A DNA stretch of 64,000 bases from NCBI GenBank assembly GCA_977030845.1, contig OZ365110.1, positions 28,520,001 through 28,584,000 of the forward strand, read 5' to 3'. Below are positions 51,301 through 64,000 of the stretch, piece after piece. Position 1 is the stretch's first letter. Each line of letters starts with the position of its first letter. Origin of the DNA: Fimbriosthenelais zetlandica. Lineage: Eukaryota. The notes under the pieces are model-generated. The model saw nothing but the letters and a program-made list of their open reading frames with translations, had not been told where the DNA came from and did no database searches. Position numbers and translations under genes: made by a program.

Positions 51301-54300
51301 CTGGGTGAATGTTTTTGTCATAAAAGATTTTCCTAGAAAATTTATACCGAAATGCAGGAAACGGATCCCACAGCTCAATTTTATCATGAACAATATCTTT
51401 TTATAAAGCCAGGACTTCTTCATGTGTGGTTTGTATGACTGGAGGGAGATGAGGTTATATTTGCCAAAGGAAATGCACTGACCAAGACTCGACCATTCCA
51501 ACAAAGAATATTTGAACAAGCATTGCGATTGGGGTAGTACTAAGTAAGGGTTCATGGTAAACAAAATGTTTCTCAAATCCGCGAGTATGGCTAAGGATTG
51601 GGTCCATATTTAGCTAGTCCAGTGAAAAACAAACATTGGTCAGATGCGAGAGTATGCCTTTAGGATTGTAAAGTGGACTTAGGACGTGCCTTGTGGCTGC
51701 GACACAGGTGAAAATGAGTGCGTTGCTAAGGAACCAAAGAGAATACAGAGAACATGCAGGAGAAAAGAAGTTGCTAATGACTCGCAGTGCCTCAATGTCT
51801 TTCTGGTGAATGCATCTCAGTTTTTACCTCAGTCACTTGTCATTAATACGTACCACTTTCTAACCTCTCTCCATTGTGGTTCTTTGGAAAGCTAATTGGT
51901 TACCTTGGTACCCAAGATAATAACCAATGACATAGCAGCAAGATTATACAAAGACTGTAAAAATGAAATCTTTGTTGAGACTCGGTTATTGGACGGATGA
52001 ATGTCTCTTTGCCATTACCTGAAATACATGCCTCATTATAATCAGTACCTTTGTTCCTTTCTCCACTAGGTTTTTCCACTGCACAGTTGCATCTCGTGAT
52101 TTAACTTATCACACCCCAGCAAGCACCTGTGTTGGATCCACTCGGACAAAACAAACCCATTAACGTACCTATGTGTCAAGGGTACAATAACCCTTGGTAC
52201 AATAAGATTGTCACATACGTACAGGTATAGTAGCAGTTCGGGTAAAACTGTTCAAAGAGAATTCTCTTTTGAATTATGGATCAGGCACAGCTGTGTTCCG
52301 CCCGTGTACCTTTCCATCATTCCTTACTTTCCATAATACGCATCTCTTATCATTTTAGGAAAGATTTTCACAAAATGTTATCAACAAAATGATTACAACA
52401 AACTAATGCAATTCCAATGCATTTTCAACATTCAAAACTAAACAAAATGGAAATTGATAATTGAAACAAATTAAGGATTTATATTTCCTTCAGGTGGAAT
52501 CCGGTTTTGGGACGATGTACAGCTGTGTCATACCTACAGCATAAAATGCTTTCACCTTTTGTTGGACTTGTAATTTCTAGTGGCTTAGTGTCTGAGAGGG
52601 GGCTGCAGCGGTCAGAAGTGAATGAGTTTGTTTGGGTGTTCAAAAATTTCTCCCCGGAAATAGGTTTGCAGCGAGAAAATATCGAGTGTAATAAATCCTG
52701 GGCCACATACATGTAGACTTTAAATTGATAGAATAATAACCATGATATTTACGAGACAGTTATTTGACTTTATTGGGGGGAGTGGCCAAACCATTTAAGG
52801 GCATTTTAGGATTGATTGTTGCCAACCTAGAGAAGTGGGAGAAACTTTAGAGCACAAATTTGAGCCCAGCTTGTAGTCTACCAGACCTGACTTCGTAGGT
52901 ACCAGCACCAGTCCTACTACAGCAGCTCGAGGGGTCATTCACTTGATACTGGCTCAGCAAGCCGTCCTCACATCTCAGTATCTGATATTGTCTTTCACAA
53001 TGGATGATACTGGTCCTATCCCACCAACTAACGATAAAGCTAATATCAATAAGTCAATTGTTTTTATCGAGCCAAGACACCACCATGGTGCATAGGGTCA
53101 AAAGTGAAAAGAAATTTATAACCTTTTAAAAGATAACAAGTATAAAGAGGGATTAATTGAGGAAAGTTTTGAACCATTTTTCGTTAGGATGAAATTTGTG
53201 GCATGGGAATTTGGGTAAAGTGAATTCTAGCTCTGATTTCCAGCAGTCTTTGGCTCAGTGTGAGGACGGAGAGCATCGTCACAGGTCTTGTACAGCTGGC
53301 CGCTCTCAAATGTGTGCTTCAAGAGACATGAAGGGAGAGTTGTGATCCCGGGGTGGTCCTTGCCCTTTGTGTTGTTACATTTTCCCAATGGAGGAAAGTT
53401 TTACATGTGTATGTATGTGGTGCTTCTGCAGACCGCTGCAAACCCCTCGACAAGGACCCAAGACATGGTAACAAGGACCTGATCATCACAGCTTTGGTTG
53501 AGAGATAGATCATGCAATGTGGTTTTCTGTCATGTAAGGCACGTGTTACTCTCCTGGCTAAGTGTATGTACCATGTTCACTTTGGATTAATCTCTATCCG
53601 TGTTTTGTGGCAGGGTTGGGCTATGGATCGGCGCTAGTATCGGGCATAGTATGCATTTACTATAATGTCATACTGGCCTGGGCTATCTACTACATGTGTC
53701 AGTCCTTCACCACCGGTCAGCTGCCGTGGACAGGCTGTAACAACGAGTGGAACACGGAGTATTGTGTGCAGCGTACTGGGCTCAACCGCTGGACAGGTGA
53801 TGGAAATGGGACCAATGAAACGACGGAAGCGCTGTCTCCACTGGGCACCACCATTGCGACTTACATCAAGTCTACGAGGGCCGCTTTGAATGCGACTGTA
53901 GAGGGAAAAACAAACACGCCAGCAGAAGAGTTCTGGCAGTATGTAACCTTAGGACATATCACATGTATTAGTGAAACTGTCCAGTTCATGAATTGGGCAG
54001 TTTACTTGCTCATTTCATGAACTGGGCAACGGCCCTGCCCAATTCCCGAACTGGGCATGTGATTTGCCCAATTCCTAGATATTGGGCAAGTCAGTTGCCC
54101 GGTTCATGAAACGAGCAGGTGGGCCCCGTTTGACAAACAGCGGGTAACATATGTTTGATCATTTTATTGCTACACTAAACTATTTTAAATCCCATTTAGT
54201 CCCGCATCTCCGTTTAGATAGTCAGTATATTTCCATTCAAATACTAAATCAAAAATAATCCATGATTAATATCAATAATAACCCCCGTACTACAAGTAAT

Positions 54301-57300
54301 AATGTAGTGCAAATTGACCAAAATATATTATACAAACTATAGAACCTATATTTAATGGCCATCTCGTACGCTAATCGATGCTCAAAAAACGTTTCGTCTG
54401 AATAATAAACATGAATATTACATTTCTGTGAATATTTGTTCTTTCAGCTACAATGTACTGGAGAAGACCGATGGCATTGAGAACATGGGCATATTCCGCT
54501 GGCAACTGCTGCTCTCTCTCATTGGGGCTTGGGTTCTCGTCTTCCTTTGCCTCTCAAAGGGCATTAAGACGTCAGGCAAGGTCGTCTATGTCACCGCCGT
54601 GGCCCCCTACCTCATGCTGCTTGTTTTCCTCGTTCGAGGACTGACACTGCCTGGAGCCATGGGCGGGATTCTCTACTACGTCACTCCTGACTGGGAGAGA
54701 CTGCTCGACTATCAGGTAAGGCTTCTGGTAGCCCCAGGCTGTGTGTACCCATTAATTGCAATACAACTAGGTAAATGTATGGAAGGGCAATTTATGGTGT
54801 TGACAGCACATCTGCTTGCAGAAATGAAAATTTAAATGAATGCCAAGATTATAAATCTACATGGCGATGTATTATTATAGGCCTACTCTTTTATATCCCT
54901 TGAAGTCTGAATCATTGGGTATAGGCTACATTTTGGGACAAAAGGGCCGCTATCTGACTCGGCTCAGTCATAGACAGGTTTCCTCTGTGGTGCGCGTAAT
55001 TGGTAATTGTCATTTCCACATATTTACCATGGCAACAAATAATATCCGCTCAGTGGGGTGATTGTGTGCGTATCATTCCAATTACACGTAAAAGGCTTAC
55101 ACAACAAAGGTCAATTGTAATGAGTTGGAATGACAGGGCTTCCATTTATCATGTCCAGTGGCTTATATTTCACAGTAGGCCATCATCCTTTTATAGTGTG
55201 GTATGTTCTAATTCAAGTAATTGCCTTTGATAATTATGTGCTTGAGCTTTGTGGTTTGTTCCTAGCCTTTGCGTGGATCAGATGCTATATATATTATAAA
55301 TAAATAACCCAGGTTGCAGTCCTGAGCTATTTAAACATTCCTCAGATTCCACAAATCCCTATATAATTTATGAGAAATTCATATGAGGGTATACAAGGTG
55401 TAGATAATATGAATCCCGCATTATCAATGCTGATTGATGATTGATTCATACTGCCCGTTTCAGCGTAAGAATTTTCTTTAGATTAACATTGAGCACCAAT
55501 GGTTGAAACAGGCCCCTGTTTTATGTACCTTAGTGGCAGTTCTAGAGTTACTATTACTTAGTCTTATTAGTATAGAGTTTGGTTCCCTCCAAATATCCCA
55601 TATCCCAAGGATGAATCTCTGGGAAAATTTATGAGATTGTACTGGTAATGATAATATGGGGTCCTTCGTTATCAATCGTACCAGCAATGCTGGGCAGGTG
55701 TTTACCATGAGAGATTCATCTGACTAGGTTGTGTACCATAGCAGGGCAGGTGTTCCAGGGGTTTGTTTTTCAATGGAAATGCTGGGGATTACCGCCATTT
55801 CCCTCTTTTTTCCCTTTAATGTGGGGGAGGGGGAGGTGATTCTAGTTACTATTTACTAAAGCCAAATTTATATAACGAGGAATTATATTATCTATGATAA
55901 ATCCATACACATAGATAAAGATGGGTAAAACGTTTCTATGGGTGGATGCTTTGGGCTGCAGAGACTATGATACACCCCGACTGGCGAGATCCCTGGTGGT
56001 ACACTCAGGAAGTAATGTTATCCCACCCACCCATGGATACCAGTGAGCTGGGGCTTCTGGTGAAGGGATGGATAGTTAAAGTCATACAACGGACCAAAGT
56101 GTGCTCATTCAATACTGAACGCTTTCATCTGTTAATAATTATTATTTATAATTTGTCATTCAGGTGTGGATGGAAGCTTGCGCCCAAATTTTCTATTCAC
56201 TTGGACCAGCATATGGCAGCTTGATCACAATGGCAAGCTACAATAAATTTAACTCGGACTGCTACAAGTAAGTAATAAATATGTCTCCACATAATTATTA
56301 AATGGTATCCATATATAAATACTTTATATATAGAGAGGACATTCCGCGTAAATTCCTTAGTCAATAATGTATGCTTTATTGGCAATAAGTTTGGAATTGA
56401 GGATATTGTCTTAATTAGGCTCTAAGATTCCATTGTACATGTACTGAGAATTCTCTGTTTCCATTGACGTCATCCTGTTGCATACCATTCTTTATTGCCA
56501 TGATAATTATTTTTTCCTCATTAATTAGGGACGCTATCATGATTCCATGCATCAACTGCGGCACCAGTTTCCTGGCAGGCTTCGCCATATTCTCCGTCAT
56601 TGGCTTTATGGCGGACCAGGCAGGCGTGAGCGTGCAAGACGTCATTATCTCAGGTCAGTGGAAAACATTTTCAATTTTTCACGAAAAAGATAGTAGCAAT
56701 TTCTAGAGCTGTAAAATCGCCATGGAATTTGACGTATATCTTTAAGAAACTGACAACGCGTTCAAAGAATAATGGATAAATTTGTATTTAATATTACTTT
56801 TTCAGGACCTGGCCTAGCGTTTGTGGTCTACCCTGAAGCCCTCACCCAGCTGCCCATCTCTCAATTTTGGTCCATCATCTTCTTCCTCATGCTCCTCATC
56901 CTGGGTCTTGACACTCAGTTTGGCATGTTTGAAACCATGGCTTCAGGTTTCATTGACACATTCCCAAAGCTCATCGCTAAACGTAAGACCACCTTCGTGG
57001 CCATCATGTGTGTCATAGAATGTATCATCAGCCTGCCCCTCGTCACACAGGTTAGTTCTTATACGGATATATTTAATCTCATCCCAACTTAATGACTTGT
57101 ACATTGTACATTTTCAGTTTTAAATAGCTTTAGCCTTAGTAGTTGGCAAGGCGTAAACGCCATTCATTTTATTTCAGATATTGTACTTATTGACTGATAC
57201 TGACTAAAATAATTTTCTTTTCTTTTCAAGGGTGGAATTTATTTGTTCCAAATCCTGGATTGGTACTCGGCTACCTTCTCGCTCATCACGATAGGCTGCC

Positions 57301-58353
57301 TGGAGTGTGTGGTTATTGGGTGGATCTATGGTAAGTAAGGCCCCAATGTGACCAAGCATAACTTATCCCCATCTATACATGTATTCAATCTATAATTTCA
57401 CTGGGATTTAAGCTTATCTAGTACCATCACGCCCTATATGCTAACCACAATGGTCATCTTTACAGGAGCTGATCGATTCTATAACGATATAGAAGAAATG
57501 ATAGGCTACAAGCCCAGCATCTGGTGGAAGATCTGCTGGAAGTTTATCACACCCTCACTGCTATTTGTAAGTTACTACTAACCCATCTTTTGTATCCAAT
57601 ATATCTACATTGCAAGATCCAGTTATGGATTTTCCTGTCATTAATCCTAAAGAAATCATTTGAGCCTCGGTCTTGTATGCACTCGCTCACCAAAACCTTG
57701 AAACATAGTACATGTGGCCCTGTGATGTCATGTAGGAATTTGTTGGGAGGGAGTTAATGAAGTTTTCTTTTTTTCCAGTCTGTTCTGGTCATCACTATAG
57801 TGAGGTTTAACAATGTGACGTATGGGGACTACATCTACCCGTGGTGGGCCACCACGATCGGCTGGATGATGGCCTTGATGTCCCTGCTGCCTATTCCTAT
57901 CTTTATGCTTATAGGCCTTCTCACATCGAAGGGCTCCCTTATTGAGGTATGTATACTTTCTCCCTTCTTAATATAAAGGGATTAATCCTGAAGACGGTAT
58001 CATATGATAAAATATTTGGGATGATGGGTTATGTCGACAGGGTAAAACTGAATAAAGAACTTGTCTTTTTACTTCCCGGGGAATTAATTAATGGTAGCCA
58101 TTTGGTCATAATTAAATTTATATTTGTTTTACAGCGCATCAAGTTCCTGTTGAAGCCCAGTGAGGACTGGGGACCCGCTCCTGTTCTTAAAACTGACTCA
58201 GCCTTCCAATCAGAAATGCTGATCAAAGGATCTGCAGACCTCGAAGACCCGGCGGTGTCCGAAGTAACTGAGCCCCTAAAAGAGCCTCTCGTCACCCAAA
58301 AAACGCCCCAAATAGAGGACCAAGAACCAGAACAGGTCACCGTCCGCTTGTAG
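48344..58353 (+). CDS. SLC6 sodium- and chloride-dependent amino acid transporter (glycine/proline/ATB0+ subfamily-like), 11 coding exons, 659 aa
   Basis: Exons with GT-AG borders and continuous phase: 48344-48536, 49405-49536, 53614-53938, 54448-54715, 56164-56267, 56529-56653, 56806-57050, 57231-57330, 57466-57566, 57779-57946, 58135-58353. These sum to 1980 nt and end in TAG. SLC6 motifs: [31 protein letters not shown] (TM1), QIFYSLG (TM6), [11 protein letters not shown] (TM7), [19 protein letters not shown] (TM8), [14 protein letters not shown]. Exact vertebrate orthologue cannot be assigned by eye. Confidence 0.96.
54004..54120. mobile_element. Small palindromic MITE-like element in an SLC6 intron
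   Basis: ACTTGCTCATTTCATGAACTGGGCAAC and GTTGCCCGGTTCATGAAACGAGCAGGT are about 27-bp inverted repeats with internal TGCCCAATT/TTGGGCA motifs; no clean TSD. Confidence 0.55.
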
Positions 58354-60541
58354 TACTTGAAAGGAAATAGCGTAGAAAGAAATTAACACAGAATGTATGA
58401 AAATGATAAGTCTAAAGTTGGCCGTGGTCACAATATATCAAGCTGATCAAGTGATAAATCTACAATTCAGTGTAGGAACTATAATGTGATGCCCTTAAAA
58501 TAATTCTTGTAAAGGAAGACCAACGGCTTGTAAATTAGGTACCAAACATGAAAACAATGTAATCCTGGCTTATATAAGACGTACAAGTGGAAATTTTGTA
58601 ATGGTATAGATGTGGAATACTGCGAATAGATGCCAAATCACGGAGGACGGACGGAAATAATTAAAATTTTCACAATCGACGGAAAAGCTCCAAAAAGCAA
58701 GCGTATTATGTACCAGGTACTTATAGTTTTCTATGCCCGTACAAATGCATTTAGATTCTATTTGTAGTAGTAGTAGGGAAGGCTTTCCCTACTACTTGTA
58801 GTTGCTTAATATCACTTAAAAAGTGCACACATGCGTCATTTGGACGAATCCATTGTGCATACTGTACAGGTAAATATTGGATTTCAATTACTGCCAATGC
58901 AGAGAGTATGACTGTTACAGTTATATAAGGAGGAGTTAAAATAGGGAATACTGCGAAAGATAAATAATAACCTCAAATCAATTGAATGTAAAATCGTGCC
59001 AAACGTGGAAATGGTTTGAATAGATGGAATGGCTTTCCGGATGCCTAGGGAAAAGTTTCTATGTTACGGGCATATTGAGTAAATGATAGCTATTATTAGC
59101 GTTGTTACACATTCACATTATACAGTATCGTATATACCCGGTACACACAAATCAATTACACAAGTATGCTTCCATTATAGTATCAGTAGGCTACTTGTAA
59201 CGACTTAGGTGATGGCACAATTTGCTGCAACATTACAGTATCCAAATATCCTATATTATTAACTATATTCCTTGAGGTCCATTCGGTTTTGATATATTTG
59301 TGTATTTCATAAAATATTTTATGAAGGATGTATATTATAATTATATTTGCTTGAAAAATATCTTGGATTTTGAGGTTGATCTGGACTATTGACAAGAAAT
59401 CGTTATCCAAGCTCCATAATTATCCTACCTCGTGGGAAAGGTTTAATGGCTATTTTTGCTGATTTCCTTTATTCTTCCGAAAATTTAATGGTTCTAAATA
59501 ATGATGGTGCAATATATCCCTTTTTGCCAATATAATTTGCAAACTGTGCCCACTTGGATCGGGTTACCGTTTTATCTGGGTGATGAATAATTCAACCAGA
59601 GATCTAGAGCCCCAGTATTTGGATTGTAAAGTCCTCACTATTTTCGGTATAATTATATAACTACGGAAATCTGCTTAGGGGTTATACTATCGGGGATTTA
59701 ACTTATAGAAATGTCTCTTTGATTGCCCTTCCGATCCTGTGTGAGTATGGGTTGCAAATTTCAAGGTGCATACTTTCACTCAATAGCGAGTTGAAATGTA
59801 AAGACTAGTATTAACCCAGCGATTTTTCTTTCCAGTATTTTATACGGTCTTCCCTTAAGAAACTATTTTCACTTTACAAAAGCCTTTATACTTGGAGATG
59901 CCAATCTGGAATGTTCATTCGTTTTTTTGTCATTCCTATGTATTGCTCGATGTGCGAACAAGCTTGATATATACACAGAATCGGTATGGAATTATACGCA
60001 TTTTATATTGAAAGTAAGAATGTACTATGTACATTCTAATTGATGGGGACTGGAATTTCATCTGAATCAAAATCATAAAATTTCACCACGAAATTATGAG
60101 AAAAGACTTCCCTCGCATATGACTAAGGATTTATCGCTCATGTGGATATAAAACATATCACATGCATCATACCATCACTGGTTTCATTATTGTATAAACA
60201 AGCTTTGCCTATTCGCGAAGATTCCTCGCACATAGATCATATAAATGTATTCTCGTAATAGTTAGACCTATAGCTTCTTATAAATCTATTGTTTTTATTC
60301 GCCCCGAAGTATTATTTCCCTTTCGTTTTATCCATTTTATCTCGTAAACAGAATCCTTTAATTGATGTCTCATTTTATAATTTGTTTCGCTAAAGTATTT
60401 AGTACCTTTGTCAGTGAAGAGGAACACGATTCCTCCTTTAGATTTTTTTGTGATTGAGTATGACATTTCCACACTTTGTTATATATATGAGTATATTATT
60501 AGTATATTTTTCTCAAATTGTAATTCTTAAATGTTTCAGTT

Positions 60542-60650
60542 CAGTGTTTAGAATAATCTGACACTTTCTTGCAGTGTTTAGAATAATCTAACACTTTCTT
60601 GCAGTGTTTAGAATAATCTAACACTTTCTTGCAGTGTTTAGAATAATCTT
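60542..60650. repeat. 30-bp tandem repeat, about 3.6 copies, each internally hairpin-like
   Basis: Unit CAGTGTTTAGAATAATCTAACACTTTCTTG repeated head to tail without spacers. Confidence 0.9.
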
Positions 60651-61405
60651 AACTTGACCCTGTACCTATACATTGCAACTCTCACCCCTTGTAGGGGATT
60701 TTTTTCTCTTCGCTTCTGAAAGATCTATTGCCCCATATATACTATTGAAATTTATCATGTTTATACTTCACTCTAACAAGATTATATAATATATATGTAC
60801 ACATATTTTTGCGAAATTTCGTTCCATATACTTCAGGTTTAAAACCTGAACAAAATTATATAATATTTTACATAATTACCCTAATTTTGAGGGATGAGCG
60901 TTGCAATTGATGGATAACACTCTTGTGTTTTCTCTGATGAAAATGGTGCAGATTAAATAGCTTGTAATATTTACAAGCTTATAAAATAATCTTTTTCCTA
61001 ATCAGGAATTATAATCATTAATCGTGACTAACTGAATTTCATTCGAATATCAATAAATCATCATATTCAGTTGACTATTGTCTTTGTTCTCACTGAAACC
61101 AAGGGGATAATATAAACATTATTGATTCAAAGAATGTAAAAGACGGCTTACATTCAATCAAAATTAGTGACCTTTTAACCCTCACTCACCCATCCACCCC
61201 GCCCCCACCCCCAGTCAAAAAAAAAAATCTTGACTATAGATGCCTAAATATCGTTCTTGTAATGTATGAATAACTCCATGCTGGAGACCTATATGCAGAC
61301 AGTGAATTCGTCATACAATACATGAATACATAAGCTAGAGTAGGTCTACTGAATATATACACGTAGGCCTACAACTAGATCTTCGTGGTGGACAGAGGTT
61401 GACGT

Positions 61406-61422
61406 AACGCCAGGTGGCAGCA
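61406..61422 (+). promoter_or_regulatory. CTCF-like motif downstream of the SLC6 gene
   Basis: ACGCCAGGTGGCAG matches CCRSYAGRKGGCRS at 13 of 14 positions; motif match only. Confidence 0.3.
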
Positions 61423-64000
61423 TGATCGACCTGGAAGCTCCAGTTCTAGGAGCTGCATGAGAAATGTGGTCTTTTTATTTTATTTTCTTGCCACTAAATT
61501 AATGTTTTCATAGACATAAATATGTCTCTGATGTTTCATAATACCCTTCGCACCCTCCCTCCATTCTTTTTTATGAGAAACATTGACTTAAAATATGTGA
61601 AATTGAAGTCTAATATATCCATGCTCTGTCGGTCTCTAACTGAGAAGCGAGGCATGAGTAGACTAAATCATCAACACGGCATAAGTTCTAAATATTTCCA
61701 AGCCCATACTATGGACTCAAGCAAATATTGACGTGTTTAAACAGCTTAATCCAACATTTTAGCGCATTCACTCGATTTAGTTCACTCATCCGTCATCGTT
61801 GAATTATTCACACCTTCACCATTCACCACTTTAAAATTAAATAACTATAGATATTCACCTTGAAGCCCCCACCCCCAGAAAGGAATAGACCCCCTATAAA
61901 TGACTCCCCTATGCATTCCGGTTGAGTAGGAGGCTGGATGGGGTTTGTGGTGTAAAACACGGTTTTCGAAACCATTTTCTCGCCAAATATTTTAAAAACA
62001 CTCATCTCGGTTTGATCTATAGTTCCTATACTTTCTTGGCGCCTGGTGATAATATTAACACTGGCTCGCTTTTAATCTTTTAGCAGCAACTCTCTTTAGC
62101 AGCAGCTATTCTCCCAGTTCCATTAACTCTGACACATTCATTAAAGTCAACTAAACAGAGCATGTGTTAATGTGTGGAAACATCTCTATCACCGCCCCTC
62201 CTGACAGGCCGGCTGTCCTGCTCTATTCCATGTACAGTCCTATAGTCTCTCCACAAACCGCCATCTTCATCAGTTATAACCCTTACATTGTGTCCCTGCA
62301 GGCTATTCCTCTGCCATCCAATATGAATCAATAATAAATTCAAAATATATATTTTCATTCTTACATGTATATAAAGTATACGTTTAAGGTGGTGCTGGCG
62401 TACATGTTCAATGCTGGCGTACATGTTCATGCTAGCACACATGTACTACATATGTATGCTGTTGTAGCCCTGCATACATGTATAGGTGTAGAGTATTTAG
62501 CGGAGCCTCCACCCCATCCACTCAGAGATAGGACCCCCGGTCAATCCCAGCCAAGCCATCCAGCCTATTCAGTCAGTTGACGTCTGAACATGCAACTGAG
62601 TGAGTCGCTCCATTCCCTAGTCTTGTAGCGCCTGCTGCAGCAAGCAGCGGCTTTACAGCCAATCCACGCAGTACTTCACTGCTCACTATGCTCCTACAAG
62701 CTGCCAAGAGACACCGTCTTACTAATTTAAAAGTTTACCAACTTTCCAATTAATTTCAAGCTCGGATATATTATTTCCTGAAAGATCAAAGGAATTTCTT
62801 GGTGATTCGAACTCAGGTGAGTGGGATAATTACAATATAAAGTTGATAGCGAAAATCCATATTGTCCGATGCATTTTATGCAAAGAAATATACCTGCTCA
62901 ATCTTAGTTTTAAAAATACTAATTACTTGTATGTAAAAGGTTGTTGAAACATATTTTAGAATCTTCTTCTGAGGTATACGTATAGGTGTTAATTGTTAAA
63001 TAGACCCACGATTGTCCATACAATGCAATGTTCGATATGAGTGACTTAAGAAACCAGAGGCATTGTGCACATGCCTGAAGTCCTTTGAGCTTCAAACTGG
63101 AACGAACAGTCGTTAACTAGGCACAATAAACCCCGACTCAAGGTATTTAGGCAACTGTTAAATCAACAACATCGGAAAATCCATAAATCCAGGAAGATAC
63201 AAAAAAGACATTTAGGAGAGGGTGGCCTCGCATAAAATGATTGCCTTAGATCTTTAAATTCGATACGTTTTGAGAGGGAAGTGGCGAGGAAAGGCGGGGA
63301 AATAAGATATTTTCGTAAATTATTTTTATGAGGAGTTGCACAGTAATTTCCAAACCTCAAAACTTCCCATTGGCATTGTAATACGTTTGCAGTCAACAGT
63401 ACTGTGGGGCACATTCCCAGAGGCATATTCCCAGAGTATCCCCCCTCCCGCCTCGCTTTTTTGATCCGCTATAGTGGTTAGGGTAGTTTTGTTTTAGCGG
63501 GTACGGGCGTGAAGTTTTCAGCCATGAATCCATCATGTTGATGTGCTGGGGTCAGGTAGTCATTAGAGCACGTGGCAGGTAGAGGTGAAAGGTCCCCCTC
63601 CTCAACCCTCCCCCTATACCTCCAGCACGTGGAGCAGAGAAGAGTGATCACTCCTATTATATACTGTGTCAAACTCCAGTCATAGCTCTGCTCTCAGTGG
63701 CGGGGCTATTAGTAAATTATTGAATATAGAGTGCGATTATATTGCCCAGTTATTGTTAAGCATGCTATCGTCCTCCGTCCGGCCATTATCTTACATTAAC
63801 CCCACCAATTGCCCTATCAATATCGATTGCTATATCGCCCTGTATATCAATCTATTCATCCATGCAAGCATTCGCCAATATAATACAACTCACTATCTTA
63901 GAAGACCAAGCTTCATCAAGGCATTATACACTGGGATGTTCCATTTACTGGAATCTTCAGTAAATCCCAGTATACTTCCTCCTCCCTCCACTTTTACAGC

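Noticed and set aside
51250-51580. Possible gypsy integrase-like remnant
   Set aside because: Similarity too weak, with no zinc-finger or DDE motif and no LTRs.
55946-56100. ORF containing HPDWRD resembling the end of the preceding SLC6 exon, as a possible alternative exon
   Set aside because: Only a 3-residue match, no flanking splice sites, and a different frame from the next exon.
60542-60650. CRISPR-like 30-bp palindromic repeats
   Set aside because: No spacers, no cas genes, eukaryotic context; simple tandem repeat.

Overview
Eukaryotic (invertebrate animal) genomic DNA with AT-rich introns and abundant TACATGTA/TAGGCCTA words; a marine spiralian or ambulacrarian origin is my inference. 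Two intron-containing genes lie head-to-head. On the minus strand is ceramide glucosyltransferase (UGCG): exon 1 at 38711-38808, exon 2 at 27653-27791, later exons not found in the window. On the plus strand is a complete 11-exon SLC6 Na+/Cl- dependent amino-acid transporter (GlyT/PROT/ATB0+ group), 48344-58353, 659 aa. The region downstream of UGCG exon 2 (presumed intron 2) holds a three-level transposon nest. A 16-bp-TIR element (8331-19472, GGC TSD) contains a 5.4-kb spacerless foldback element (9380-19035, TTA TSD, inverted 21-bp minisatellite core, symmetry centre 11868). One foldback arm contains a tandem dimer of a Helentron/HINE-type rolling-circle element (14252-18514) whose internal repeat unit is a tRNA-Ser(TGA)-derived Pol III cassette (8 copies, two pairs back-to-back). 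A young CR1-group LINE (23137-24983) has a 5-prime inversion with twin-priming geometry. All alignments were made by eye and no database searches were run.
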